Shown here piece after piece: positions 10,452-20,447 of a stretch of 64,000 nt of DNA. This DNA is from Methanothrix sp. GTDB lineage: Archaea > Halobacteriota > Methanosarcinia > Methanotrichales > Methanotrichaceae. The stretch is from the NCBI GenBank assembly GCA_963682135.1, contig OY821645.1, positions 2,080,001-2,144,000 on the forward strand, given 5' to 3'. The notes below the pieces were generated by a model. The model was not told the DNA's origin. It worked only from the letters and a program-made list of their open reading frames with translations, and ran no database searches. The number at the start of each line of letters is the position of its first letter. Position 1 is the first letter of the stretch. Both the position numbers and the translations under genes were made by a program.

Positions 10452-11507
10452 TTATAAAGGTATTCTATCTACGACCATTCCATCCTCAAAAGGATACTTC
10501 TCAATTATGCTGAGAACACATGAGACGCCTTTCAGTTCGTGGGTTAAGTCCTCCAGGATAGAGGCGGCGATTTCTATCCTTTCGTCCCGGCAAGAGTACA
10601 TATCTTTTGGAACCGCGTTCTCCAGAAGAATCTGCAAAACAGCATGCTGATCGCCCTCAATTATGCCGTGAATTATGGTACCCTCCTCGCTCACATAATC
10701 AAAAGGTCGCGCCGTTTTATTCGCCCTGCGCAAGAGTCGCTCTCGCAGTTGCACCGCATCCTTGAAACGAGAGGGGCAAAAGTGCACTTTTATGTCATCT
10801 TTCAGGAAATGCTCCCTGGCAACCTCTTCGCTTCCTGTTGCAGCGCAGCCCAGATCCTCCGGCAGATAACCGGCTTTGGCCAGGCCGGCATAATTTGTCT
10901 CTGAGAACTCCAGCTCATTTATATTCAAAAAAGCATCAGCTTCCCTTACCGCTTCCATGATCGCGGGCGCAGGCTGAAGGGAGGGTATCTCCACGCCCGC
11001 TATCAGGCCCAGGGCTATAGCCTGCCGCAGAGCATCCTTGAGCCCTACGGGATGCGACCATTGGGCAAGAGGAGGATGAAAGCGAATCTCGTCCAGACCG
11101 GCCTGCGCTAGCCTCTCCAGGACATCGCGACCAGGAAATTGGCCGGTATAAAGGTGAATGTGATGCGACTGCCCCCGCGATTGCTTCAAAGCACGGATGC
11201 ACTCCAGAACATAATCTAATTTCAAAAGCGGCTCGCCACCGGTGATTCCTGTGCCCAGAGCATCGATGGCAGAAGCCTCCTCTAAGATATCAGCTATCTC
11301 CCTCACCGGCATTTCATCGGCAAAGACCTGATCGCGGCCCCTTCGCTCCTCGGATAGCGGACAATAGAAACAGCTGCGCTCGCACTTGCCGGTGACGAAG
11401 AGCACCAGGCCCGCGCCCTGGCGACAGATGCGACAGCCAGGCGAGAGGTAATTGTAAATCGATCCCACAGAATCTTCCTGCCACTTCGTCCTCTGCTCCG
11501 TTCCCAT
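10452..11507 (-). CDS. Radical SAM protein (archaeal family)
   Basis: GCRIC..G..LVLFVTGKCERSCFYCP, GITGGEPL and LDEIRFHP motifs. Start placed at MGTEQ because the longer ORF overlaps iorA. Confidence 0.88.
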   Translation of the reverse strand: MGTEQRTKWQEDSVGSIYNYLSPGCRICRQGAGLVLFVTGKCERSCFYCPLSEERRGRDQVFADEMPVREIADILEEASAIDALGTGITGGEPLLKLDYVLECIRALKQSRGQSHHIHLYTGQFPGRDVLERLAQAGLDEIRFHPPLAQWSHPVGLKDALRQAIALGLIAGVEIPSLQPAPAIMEAVREADAFLNINELEFSETNYAGLAKAGYLPEDLGCAATGSEEVAREHFLKDDIKVHFCPSRFKDAVQLRERLLRRANKTARPFDYVSEEGTIIHGIIEGDQHAVLQILLENAVPKDMYSCRDERIEIAASILEDLTHELKGVSCVLSIIEKYPFEDGMVVDRIPL

Positions 11508-11608
11508 CGCATGAGATACGAGTGGTGTTGGCTTAATTAGATTTGTATCCAAACGGTTATCAGAGTAGAGTGGCCAATAATCCACCCATATTAAAGGGAT
11601 GGTTACTT

Positions 11609-13393
11609 GTGAGAGAATATCTTCTCGGAAACGCAGCAATTGCCAGAGGCCTCCTGGAGGCAGGAGTAGGGCTAGTTGCCGGCTATCCCGGCACGCCCTC
11701 CTCAGAGATTATAGAAACCGTGGCAAGTATCAAGAGTAATAGGCCACCGCATGTGGAATGGTCCGTTAACGAAAAGGTCGCCCTGGAAGTAGCAGCAGGA
11801 GCCTCCTGGACTGGCCGGCGCGCCGTGGCCACCATGAAACACGTGGGATTGAATGTGGCGGCAGATCCATTCATGACGCTTGCCTACCTGGGCGTAGGTG
11901 CAGGACTGGTGGTGATCTGTGCTGATGATCCCTATTGCCATTCCTCGCAGAATGAGCAGGACTCCAGGCGTTATGCCCAGTTTGCCGGCATCCCCTGTCT
12001 TGACCCGAAAGATCCACAGGAAGCAAAGGATATGACCGTTTTTGCTTTTGAGCTCTCCGAGAAATTCAATATCCCGGTCATGCTCAGGCCCACTACGCGC
12101 GTCTCTCACGCCAGACAGGATGTGCAGGTCCTCTTGGCCGCAGCCCCTTGCGGGCAGGGCCGGTTCATCAAGGACCCTGCGCGACGAGTGGCCCTGCCCA
12201 GCCATGCCCGTCCGCTGCATAGCGAGCTTCTGGCCAAACAGGCCGCCATGCAAGAGGCACTGGAAAGCGCGCCCTGGAACAGGCTCGAGCTGCATGGCGA
12301 TGTAGGAATTATCGCTTCAGGTATCGCAGGAATGTACGCGAAGGAAGCAATCTTCGAGCTGAATGAAGACCTCTCATTCCTATGCATTGGAAGCTATCCG
12401 ATTCCCAAGAAATTAATCAGCAGCATGCTTGAGCACGTCTCCAAGGTAATGGTAATAGAAGAGCTGGAGCCGGTGGTGGAAGAGCAGGTGCAGATCTTGG
12501 CCCGAGAGATTAATCCCCATGTGGAGATCCTGGGAAAAGTGCAGTCCATTCCTCGCGAGGGCGAGCTAGACTATTTGCAGGTGAGAAATGCCATAGCCCG
12601 CATGATCGGCAGGCCGCAGCGAGAGGCTTTGCAGAGTCTCGCGATGAGCATTCTGCCGCCCCGTCCTCCCTCGCTATGCGCAGGCTGCAGCCACAGGGCC
12701 ACATATTACGCCATGCGAAAGGTCTTCGGCAAGAAGGCAATCTACCCCAGCGACATCGGCTGCTACACCATGGCGGTCGGCATGGGAACTGTGGACACAT
12801 GTCTGTGCATGGGAGCGAGCATCACTCTGGCCAGCGGCATTCGCTTCGGCGGAGAGGAAGAAGGTATATGTTGCAGTCTGGGCGACTCAACCTTTCTGCA
12901 TGGTGGCATGACCGGCCTTCTCAACGCCGCCTACAACAATGCCAGGATCACCGTGACCATTCTCGATAACTCCACTACGGCCATGACCGGCCATCAGCCC
13001 CATCCGGGAACAGGCATGACGGCTACAGGTGAGAAAACGACCATGGTCTCAATCGAAGCCCTGGCTAAAGCTCTGGGCGCTGGACTGGTGGAGACGGTCG
13101 ATCCCTACCACTTGGATGAGACAATGGAGAGCTTTCAGAGGGCCAAGGATTATCCAGGCCTGTCAGTAATCATCGCCAAGCAGCCCTGTGTAATCAAAGC
13201 TCGCCGTAGCGGCCTGCGGCCCCAATCGTTCCTGGTAGGAGAGGACTGCATTGGCTGCAAGATCTGCCTGGACTATGGCTGCCCGGCCATAGAATTCGAG
13301 AATGAGAAAGCCAGGATAAATGCACTATGCTCTGGCTGCGGAGTATGCGCCGCGATCTGCTCATCCTCCGCCATACGGGAGGTGGCAAAATGA
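11609..13393 (+). CDS. iorA: Indolepyruvate ferredoxin oxidoreductase alpha subunit
   Basis: GYPGTPSSEI, NEKVALE, MKHVGLNVAAD, SSQNEQDSR, LCAGC.HR, GDSTFLHGG and TAMTGHQP motifs, plus C-terminal ferredoxin motifs. GTG start. Confidence 0.95.
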   Translation: MREYLLGNAAIARGLLEAGVGLVAGYPGTPSSEIIETVASIKSNRPPHVEWSVNEKVALEVAAGASWTGRRAVATMKHVGLNVAADPFMTLAYLGVGAGLVVICADDPYCHSSQNEQDSRRYAQFAGIPCLDPKDPQEAKDMTVFAFELSEKFNIPVMLRPTTRVSHARQDVQVLLAAAPCGQGRFIKDPARRVALPSHARPLHSELLAKQAAMQEALESAPWNRLELHGDVGIIASGIAGMYAKEAIFELNEDLSFLCIGSYPIPKKLISSMLEHVSKVMVIEELEPVVEEQVQILAREINPHVEILGKVQSIPREGELDYLQVRNAIARMIGRPQREALQSLAMSILPPRPPSLCAGCSHRATYYAMRKVFGKKAIYPSDIGCYTMAVGMGTVDTCLCMGASITLASGIRFGGEEEGICCSLGDSTFLHGGMTGLLNAAYNNARITVTILDNSTTAMTGHQPHPGTGMTATGEKTTMVSIEALAKALGAGLVETVDPYHLDETMESFQRAKDYPGLSVIIAKQPCVIKARRSGLRPQSFLVGEDCIGCKICLDYGCPAIEFENEKARINALCSGCGVCAAICSSSAIREVAK

Positions 13394-13977
13394 GAACGTC
13401 CGAATGCGATCTGGTGATTGTCGGCGTGGGCGGCCAGGGAGTAATTCTGATCTCGGATGTGATCGGCAGAGCAGCGGTAATGGCAGGAAAGCCGGTATGC
13501 GGAGCCGAGACTCACGGCATGGCCCAGAGGGGCGGCAGCGTGATCAATCACACTCGCATAGGATGCAGTTTCTCTCCCATGGTCGCCTCAGGGGGAGCTG
13601 ATGTACTGGTGGCATTGGAGCCTGCCGAAGCTCTGCGCTTTGCTCAATTCCTCTCGCCAACAGGAGTTGCGCTGGTCAATACCAGGGCCGTCCTGCCCTC
13701 TGCTGTGACCAGTGGCAAGGCCGAGTATCCACCACTGCAAGAGATACTCGCCCCTTTAAAAGCGCACAGCGGCAAGGTTTTCGCCATGGACGCCACGGCT
13801 CTTGCCGAGATGGCGGGCAGCGCTCAGGCTATGAATGTGGTAATGCTAGGTGCCCTTTCCAAGCATATTCCACTCTCTGAGGATCTAATTTTGCAGGCTC
13901 TTTCCCTTGTGGTGCCACCCAAGTTCCTGGAAATCAACAAGAAAGCTTTCGCCTTAGGAAAAGCTGAAGTAGAATAG
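13390..13977 (+). CDS. iorB: Indolepyruvate ferredoxin oxidoreductase beta subunit
   Basis: GVGGQG, ETHGMAQRGGSV and NVVMLGA motifs. ATGA overlap with the iorA stop. Confidence 0.95.
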   Translation: MRTSECDLVIVGVGGQGVILISDVIGRAAVMAGKPVCGAETHGMAQRGGSVINHTRIGCSFSPMVASGGADVLVALEPAEALRFAQFLSPTGVALVNTRAVLPSAVTSGKAEYPPLQEILAPLKAHSGKVFAMDATALAEMAGSAQAMNVVMLGALSKHIPLSEDLILQALSLVVPPKFLEINKKAFALGKAEVE

Positions 13978-13994
13978 AAGCGAAAAGGGGGCTT

Positions 13995-14600
13995 ATGGAA
14001 ATAGAAAAGAAAGAAGAAGAGAATTCGACAGAAGAGAAGAGTACCGCAGGCAAACAAGCTCCCATCGTCACCCGTTCTATGGTTGAGGAAGCCTGTCCCA
14101 CCTGTGGTGCACAGGAGCCATCCATGCCTGCTGTCCTTCCTGACCCTAGCTGGTCCACAGAGAAGCTGATCGCAGCGACCAAAGACAAGCACATGCTGGT
14201 GCGCTCCAACGCCATCATCCTCCTCTCCAAGCGGGAAATCTCCGAGTCCTTGGAAGCTCTCATCGAAGCCCTCAAAGACGAAGAGTATCTCGTAAAGAGC
14301 AATGCCATGGTGGCCATATCCGCCTATGGAAAACAGGCATCTGAGCGCATAATCCAGGCACTATCCGATGCGGACAAAGATGTGCGCGCTGGAGCTGCCT
14401 GGATCGTAGGAGAGCTAAAGGATAACCGTGCTATTCTGGCATTGGAGAAAGTGGCTAAGGATGACTATCCACTGGCCAGAATTCAGGCCAAGGCGTCCCT
14501 GCTAGCTATGGGCAAAGGCTCCAAACAACAGGCAAAAAAGGATGAGCCGGAGGGACCAAAGGAAGAGCCAGTTGAGGCAAAAGAGGAGAAAACTGAATAG
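13995..14600 (+). CDS. HEAT/PBS-lyase repeat protein
   Basis: Repeats LIEALKDE...V..NA, ALSDADKDVRAGAA..VG and KDD....R..A..SL. Confidence 0.85.
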   Translation: MEIEKKEEENSTEEKSTAGKQAPIVTRSMVEEACPTCGAQEPSMPAVLPDPSWSTEKLIAATKDKHMLVRSNAIILLSKREISESLEALIEALKDEEYLVKSNAMVAISAYGKQASERIIQALSDADKDVRAGAAWIVGELKDNRAILALEKVAKDDYPLARIQAKASLLAMGKGSKQQAKKDEPEGPKEEPVEAKEEKTE

Positions 14601-14614
14601 ATTATTTTTTTTTT

Positions 14615-15610
14615 TCAGGCTTTTTCCACCCGGCCTATTCTCGGCCACTTTGAAAAGATGTCTCCTTGATCCAGCCAATCCCGGCTGAAGGTCTGGAGAT
14701 ACATCTGCTCCAACTTAGGCTGCCAGCCGCAACGGCCTTTGCGCGTCAGATCCTGGGCTCGTCTAATGTAGGCCTTCCTGGCGCTAGCAACGAGCCAGAG
14801 GTCGTACTGGTTCAAAGCAACATGCATTTCGCGACAGTAGCTGCATAAGAACCGATCGTAAAAAGAATCTACGTCCCAGCGATTTAGTCCAAAGAACTTG
14901 GCAGGAGGAAACTGCTTGATCAGCTCCAGACCGAATCTGAACCGGGCTAAATCCAGATGGGGAGTGCAAACGTAATCAAGCCTGGGAAAGTCGATGAGAA
15001 AAAGCCTCATTCTTTTCGTTCCAACATTTCGGGGATTGTCATCTTTGATTATAATGTTCCAGGATGTGAAATCTAAGAATGGTGTTACCATGGTCTTGAG
15101 ATTACACTGGTTTATCCGCTCCCGGCTTTCGGCAAGGGACTGGTTGATGTCGTCTTCATGCGCATTGATGTCTATGGTTAGAGGCTCACCCTCTCCCCGA
15201 CAAAAGAGTTCATGATATCTTGCCAAGGCAATTCCAGAAAGATCCGCAGCATAGCTGAGGTATTGGGTACTTGCCGGCCGGATCTCATGCAGCATATAGG
15301 AAAGATTTACACCCTGCACGTGCCTCATGGCCAGGATTCCATTCTCTGCATCTACAAAAAGGGGCTGTGGAGAGGAGACGACCCCATCTTTGCAGCTATT
15401 ATAAAAGCGTGATAAGTTGGCATACTCGAGAGCTACTTCGCGAGGTTGATAGTTGCGAGAGATCTTGACCACAATTTTGTCCCGAATTTGCCCCTTGCAA
15501 AGATCAAGCATAAAGATGCAGGAGTTTCGGCAGAAGATTGTCTTTTTGCCCGATGCCTTGAAACCAGGATACCGCTCTTCTATGTACTTTTGCACTTCGC
15601 CACGGTTCAT
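14615..15610 (-). CDS. Protein-kinase-like / aminoglycoside phosphotransferase-fold protein
   Basis: IVVK, E...L..F, LARYH, DFTSWNII and FLIDF..DLARF resemble APH-family motifs, but HxD is degenerate. Confidence 0.6.
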   Translation of the reverse strand: MNRGEVQKYIEERYPGFKASGKKTIFCRNSCIFMLDLCKGQIRDKIVVKISRNYQPREVALEYANLSRFYNSCKDGVVSSPQPLFVDAENGILAMRHVQGVNLSYMLHEIRPASTQYLSYAADLSGIALARYHELFCRGEGEPLTIDINAHEDDINQSLAESRERINQCNLKTMVTPFLDFTSWNIIIKDDNPRNVGTKRMRLFLIDFPRLDYVCTPHLDLARFRFGLELIKQFPPAKFFGLNRWDVDSFYDRFLCSYCREMHVALNQYDLWLVASARKAYIRRAQDLTRKGRCGWQPKLEQMYLQTFSRDWLDQGDIFSKWPRIGRVEKA

Positions 15611-15712
15611 CAGATGCTACCTCTTTTGCGGTCAGGTCAATGGCTGTATGCCGTTTAAAGCAAATGGTCGATCCTGAAAAATTATATCAAGGAGAAACGA
15701 CAATTATGAAAT

Positions 15713-15949
15713 ATGGACAGCGCAATTGGTAGCAGCGTCTATAATTTCATCGAGCTGGTGGGAACCTCATGCAAAGATTGGGAAGAAGCGGTCAGCAATG
15801 CCATCAACCGCGCTAGCAGTGAGTTAACAAACATGAGGGTGGCCGAGGTGGTTGAGATGGACACAAAGCTTGTTGAGGGCAAGATAGTGGAATTCCGGGC
15901 CAAGGTCAGACTGTCTTTTAAGCACGAGGTCGAACCTGAGACGCTTTGA
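15713..15949 (+). CDS. Dodecin (flavin-binding)
   Basis: VY..IELVGTS...WEEA..NAI.RAS..L...R.AEV...D...EG.I..FR.KV.LSF pattern. Confidence 0.9.
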   Translation: MDSAIGSSVYNFIELVGTSCKDWEEAVSNAINRASSELTNMRVAEVVEMDTKLVEGKIVEFRAKVRLSFKHEVEPETL

Positions 15950-15993
15950 ATTAAAGGAAAGGCTTAACAGATAGAACTACAACCCCATGTGAT

Positions 15994-17112
15994 GTGCCCC
16001 AGGTAAGCCTGATTATCCCCACCAGAAATGAACAAGAGACGATCTGCGAATGCATCCAAAGAGCCCAGCAGGTCTTCAGAGAGATGGGCCTTTCGGGCGA
16101 AATTCTGGTTGCAGACAGCTCGAACGACGAGACGGCAGCAATTGCAGATTCATGCGGGGCAAAGGTTATCAAACCTGCAAAGTTGGGATACGGAAATGCC
16201 TACCTGTCCGGGCTTGCACAGGCGGAAGGGGAATACATTGTCTTCATGGACGGTGATCTGACCTACGATCCCAAAGCCATTGCAGATATGATAGTCATCC
16301 TGCAAAGCGGCAATTATGACCTGGTTATAGGTTCGCGACTCAAGGGAAAGATTCTTCCCGGCGCCATGCCTGCCCTTCATCGTTATATTGGAAATCCAGT
16401 TCTCACCTGTATTTTGAATACCCTCTTTTCCAGCCGCATCTCTGATGCCCACTGCGGCCTTCGTGCCATTAGGCGAGATGCCCTAAAAAAACTGAATCTC
16501 AGATCAGGAGGAATGGAGTTCGCCTCCGAGATGCTCATTGAAGCTGTCTGCCGAGATCTGAGAGTTGCAGAAGTTCCCATTACCTACTCCCCTCGCAAAG
16601 GAGTCTCAAAGCTTCATTCCATCACCGACGGCTGGAGACATTTACGTTTCATGATGCTCTACCGACCGGTTCCATTTCTTCTCGTTCCTGGACTTTTGGT
16701 ACTTATTTTCGGGCTGGCCCTGTTCGTGGGAGTGTATCTGCAAGGTGGATCAAGGATGCATTCTCTGATCCTGGGCGGCCTGCTGGCAATCATAGGTTAC
16801 CAGATGCTATTGGCGGGACTGTATTTTGAAGCATTTGGAGCAGCCTATGGCCTCCCTCGCTCGGGAAGAATTAAAAAGATGATCAGCTACCACTCTCTAG
16901 AGAAAGAGCTTTTCATCGGCACAGTCTTGCTTGCCGCAGGTGGCCTGCTCGGCCTGAGAGTTCTGATGAGCTGGGGAGTTTCCGGCTTTGGTGCGCTGGA
17001 TGCAGCATCCAGCGCCATGATGGCCATGATCTTTTCCATCCTGGGAATCCAGACCATATTTTCCGGAATGTCCATAAGCCTGCTCTTGCTCAATAATGGG
17101 AACCAAGAGTAG
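15994..17112 (+). CDS. Glycosyltransferase family 2 (DPM-synthase-like) with C-terminal transmembrane helices
   Basis: IIPTRNE, GYGNA, MDGDLTYD, DAHCGLRA and MEFASEM motifs, plus a hydrophobic C-terminus. Confidence 0.92.
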   Translation: MPQVSLIIPTRNEQETICECIQRAQQVFREMGLSGEILVADSSNDETAAIADSCGAKVIKPAKLGYGNAYLSGLAQAEGEYIVFMDGDLTYDPKAIADMIVILQSGNYDLVIGSRLKGKILPGAMPALHRYIGNPVLTCILNTLFSSRISDAHCGLRAIRRDALKKLNLRSGGMEFASEMLIEAVCRDLRVAEVPITYSPRKGVSKLHSITDGWRHLRFMMLYRPVPFLLVPGLLVLIFGLALFVGVYLQGGSRMHSLILGGLLAIIGYQMLLAGLYFEAFGAAYGLPRSGRIKKMISYHSLEKELFIGTVLLAAGGLLGLRVLMSWGVSGFGALDAASSAMMAMIFSILGIQTIFSGMSISLLLLNNGNQE

Positions 17113-17153
17113 TGCAAGTGCACTATTCATCGATGGCTATTCGCAGGCTACCC

Positions 17154-17306
17154 TCAGATCCGGGTCTTTCGAGGTCGCTCATTGGTTATTCCGCCCTTAA
17201 TTTTGCTAAATATCGGCGCGTCAGACTTATTCTTCTGCGGTTTGGAGGGATCGTGCTTGCCAGGCCCGTCGTTGGGCATTCCCTTGGCACCTTTTTTCTT
17301 GCTCAT
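17154..17306 (-). CDS. Small basic protein (50 aa), absent from the ORF track
   Basis: Reads MSKKKGAKGMPNDGPGKHDPSKPQKNKSDAPIFSKIKGGITNERPRKTRI*, with an AGGTGA Shine-Dalgarno just upstream of the ATG. Confidence 0.6.
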   Translation of the reverse strand: MSKKKGAKGMPNDGPGKHDPSKPQKNKSDAPIFSKIKGGITNERPRKTRI

Positions 17307-17482
17307 CTAATATTCACCTTCATGACTCGTCTCTGCGTCATATCCACCTCTTCCCTTAAATACTAGTCAGCTTACCGACAGGCTGCCCGACAAGTAAACC
17401 TCTTAGTGACGCAGGGCAAATCTGCAAGAATCGGACAACCTCGCTCAACCGATTTAACTACCACATAAAAAAAAGTGAATTA

Positions 17483-17507
17483 AGCGCTGAAATCATGCCT
17501 CAGCGCT
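17483..17507 (-). terminator. Hairpin downstream of paralog A
   Basis: Inverted repeat AGCGCTGA...TCAGCGCT, followed on the minus strand by a T-run. Confidence 0.6.
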
Positions 17508-17525
17508 ATTTTTTCCCATTGATTC

Positions 17526-18248
17526 TCAGACGCAAGGCAGCCAGTCTACGCTGATGGAACCGCAGGTGGAGTTACCCCAGAGCTGGATGAACTTCTCGAT
17601 GGAGAAGACACCAGTCAGGTCCTCAACAGATCTGCCGTACTCAGCATGGCGGCCCTTGAGCTGTGGATCTGCAGTTGGATCGCGGGAGATCCAGCCGATG
17701 TGAGCGACGCCTATGACGTTGCTGTTCAGGTTAGCTTCGAGAACGCCTGTGCAGCAAGCCGGGACGTTAGTCAGAGTGTTTTTGTTGTATCCCCTGGTCT
17801 TGATCTCGGTGGTCTTTTGCAGGTGCTCAGCATGAGTGTACATCTCAGTAAGCACAGCGCCTATCTTGTAGTTTTGCACGCAGAGCTTATCCACCCATTT
17901 CTGGTCGTAAGTGCCGGTCTGATATGAGACGGGCATGTACTCCAGCTCCTGCTCAGAGGTGAAGTTGATGTAGTCCATGGGATCTGACCCGGTCGGCCAA
18001 ACACAAGTTAAGTCCGCAGGTTGCCTCTCAGCTTCAAGCTCAATTCTAGAAGTGATGACATTCCCTGATCCGGACTGCTTTTCCACCAGCTTTTGCCCAT
18101 TAAAGCCGCTTTGCGTGGAAATGACAATCTCCAGGCTTCTGTACCCCACTCCTTTTACAGACGATTTCTCGTACATGTAATTGGCAGCGCCTGCCATGCC
18201 GACTAGTGCCATGACAATAACCGCTAGAACAATAAATTCTCTTTTCAA
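17526..18248 (-). CDS. Secreted Cys-rich beta-strand protein, paralog A (candidate sheath/envelope protein)
   Basis: Signal peptide KREFIVLAVIVMALVGMAGA. Near-identical framework to paralogs B-D, ending ISVDWLPCV. TTG start preceded by GGAGG. Confidence 0.85.
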   Translation of the reverse strand: MKREFIVLAVIVMALVGMAGAANYMYEKSSVKGVGYRSLEIVISTQSGFNGQKLVEKQSGSGNVITSRIELEAERQPADLTCVWPTGSDPMDYINFTSEQELEYMPVSYQTGTYDQKWVDKLCVQNYKIGAVLTEMYTHAEHLQKTTEIKTRGYNKNTLTNVPACCTGVLEANLNSNVIGVAHIGWISRDPTADPQLKGRHAEYGRSVEDLTGVFSIEKFIQLWGNSTCGSISVDWLPCV

Positions 18249-18419
18249 TCCACAACAACCTCCTCTAGCCCGGGTACCCTTAATCAGGGCATTTTTTAAA
18301 AGTCCAGGCATTTACTCTCCAGATACCCTAGCACCCGAAGACGAATTATCTGGAGGCTATTTCAAGGTTTTGCTGCCATATTCCATAGATTCAATCGCGA
18401 AAAAAAGGAATGCTCATGC

Positions 18420-19598
18420 CTACTTGCCGAATGAATTAAGCCGGTCCACGAAATCGCTACATGAGCTACTTAAGCAGGGGCTGGCAAAGCTAGGACTGAT
18501 TGGCACCGGCACGTTAATGCTCGGTGCTTTCAGACAATCGCCCTCCTGACATGGCGACTTAGATTTTGCGACATCCCGGAAGAGTATTCTCCGATTGATC
18601 TCAAAGGACCCGAAATATTCCTCAAATTCCTTCAGATTTTTTTGTCCAGGGACCACCTGCTTGGCATCTATCAGGTAATATCCCGTAAAGTTATCTGCCG
18701 TCTTAAACTCAGCCGTCTTTTTTAGGGATCCGGTCTGATGCAGTGTAAAATCCTGATCCTTGAACTCCATCTGTGAAACATCATAGCTCTCCCGGACCTT
18801 GGCACCCACTCCACCAAAGACCGCAGAACTCTTGAAGTTCTCAGTTCCTACCAGTGCGTCTCCAAGAGAGACGGCATTATAGTTGTCAACTGCATCCTTT
18901 TCCTGAAAATTGGCATTTTTGCCCAATGCCTTATCCACCAGGTATTCGTTCTTTACCAGGGCATCCACGCTGCCGGAAAACAGCACACTCTTGGTGGACT
19001 TGATGCCGGAGTTCATGGACCGGAGGTCTTTGTCGATCTGAAACTGTCCCGAGCCGCTCACAGAGGTCTCTGAGGCGTAGTCGAATGACTGCACTTTAAA
19101 TTTAGCATCTCTTTGCCCAGAGCTGCGGCATTTGGCAGAGGCCTCCACTGCGAATCTGTACTCACCAGCTACAGCGTTCGTGTCCGGCGAAACTTGCAGG
19201 GACAAAAAACGAGAAACTCCTGCCGGAATGGTCACGGGAGTGCTCGTCCAGCTAAACCATTCAAACGGGCAGACCTTCGGATTGACACTTACTTGTGCCT
19301 CCACTTCAGTCTTGCCGTCGTTACTTATCGTAACCACATAGTCCAGTGGTTTGCCCGGAGTCGTATATGATTTATCAGGCTCCGACTCAGGTCCAGTAAG
19401 GCCGATGCTTACAGTAAGGGCCCCAAAATCGCCCGAACATGGGCTGGGTAGAAATGCAGGCAAAGAGGTGGATGTGAAACTGGTCCCAAGGCCAGTCGAT
19501 GCTTCACCAGGTGCCATGCCTGAATCCTCAACTGTGGCTTGTGCCAGGGCTGCGGTAAGGATGAAAAGAATCATTACCCAAATCATCTGTAGTTTCAT
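18420..19598 (-). CDS. Secreted protein with an Ig-like (NEW3/CARDB-like) N-domain and a beta-strand domain related to paralogs A-D
   Basis: Signal peptide; YVVTISNDG and AGEYRFAVEA; ETSVSGSG and EEYFGSFEINRRILF motifs; Cys-rich tail. Confidence 0.8.
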   Translation of the reverse strand: MKLQMIWVMILFILTAALAQATVEDSGMAPGEASTGLGTSFTSTSLPAFLPSPCSGDFGALTVSIGLTGPESEPDKSYTTPGKPLDYVVTISNDGKTEVEAQVSVNPKVCPFEWFSWTSTPVTIPAGVSRFLSLQVSPDTNAVAGEYRFAVEASAKCRSSGQRDAKFKVQSFDYASETSVSGSGQFQIDKDLRSMNSGIKSTKSVLFSGSVDALVKNEYLVDKALGKNANFQEKDAVDNYNAVSLGDALVGTENFKSSAVFGGVGAKVRESYDVSQMEFKDQDFTLHQTGSLKKTAEFKTADNFTGYYLIDAKQVVPGQKNLKEFEEYFGSFEINRRILFRDVAKSKSPCQEGDCLKAPSINVPVPISPSFASPCLSSSCSDFVDRLNSFGK

Positions 19599-19652
19599 GC
19601 GAACCCCCCGAAATATTACTGAAAAAAAAGAAGAACTGTAGGCTATTTCAGC

Positions 19653-20447
19653 CTAGCAGTCGATGCCTTCGCACGGTGCGCGAATTCTATCCGGCACCGG
19701 GTTCTCATGGAACTTAATGGTCTTCTCGGCTTCGAACACACCCGTGAACATCTCGTGAGCCTTTATGTCCTTGTAGAATATCTTGTGCCAGGTTGCGTCG
19801 GTGCCCCAGGTACCATTGAAGGAGTTCTTGGTCTCGAGACCAATCAGATGGGACGGAACATATACCCCATTGCTGGCAGTCATGAGATCCTGGACTGCAG
19901 CTGTGTCTCGGCCTGCACTCTTGAGCAAGCCCGGCAGATCCTCAGGTTTGCCGTAGGGTGTCTCATAAGGCGTGGTTGAGGCAAAGAACGCAGTCTGATC
20001 CTGTTCCATCTCATTTACAGAGAAGAGTTCCTGCACATTGGCGCCAATGCCTCCGTAGAAGGCCTTGGAGTTGAGGAGCTTTCCACCGGTCAAGGGGGTC
20101 TCGCCCGCATAGGTCAACTTCGTCTGCTGGATGAGATTAAGTGCGGATTCATTTCCACCATTTACAGAGGACACATTCCTCTTCAGCTTATCGGCATTCT
20201 GAGAATATGCGGTCTCCTGGTCCAGCTCGAGATCTCCGTCACCATTCATGGTGTTGAAATACTCAAGGGCGATTTTTTTGTCGATTACCGATGTGCTGAC
20301 ATCGATAATTCCCGTTCCGGATACCTTATGTGATTCACAAAACTGTTCATACTGTACAGGTGGAACTATGGGCGGATTGGCCATCACAGTACCACTTAGC
20401 CCCAAAAGGGCAATTGCGAGTACTACTACTCCTACTACTCCCTTCAT
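19653..20447 (-). CDS. Secreted beta-strand protein distantly related to paralogs A-D
   Basis: Signal peptide; ESHKVSGTG and HEMFTGVFEAEKTIKF motifs; C-terminal PCEGIDC. Confidence 0.82.
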   Translation of the reverse strand: MKGVVGVVVLAIALLGLSGTVMANPPIVPPVQYEQFCESHKVSGTGIIDVSTSVIDKKIALEYFNTMNGDGDLELDQETAYSQNADKLKRNVSSVNGGNESALNLIQQTKLTYAGETPLTGGKLLNSKAFYGGIGANVQELFSVNEMEQDQTAFFASTTPYETPYGKPEDLPGLLKSAGRDTAAVQDLMTASNGVYVPSHLIGLETKNSFNGTWGTDATWHKIFYKDIKAHEMFTGVFEAEKTIKFHENPVPDRIRAPCEGIDC

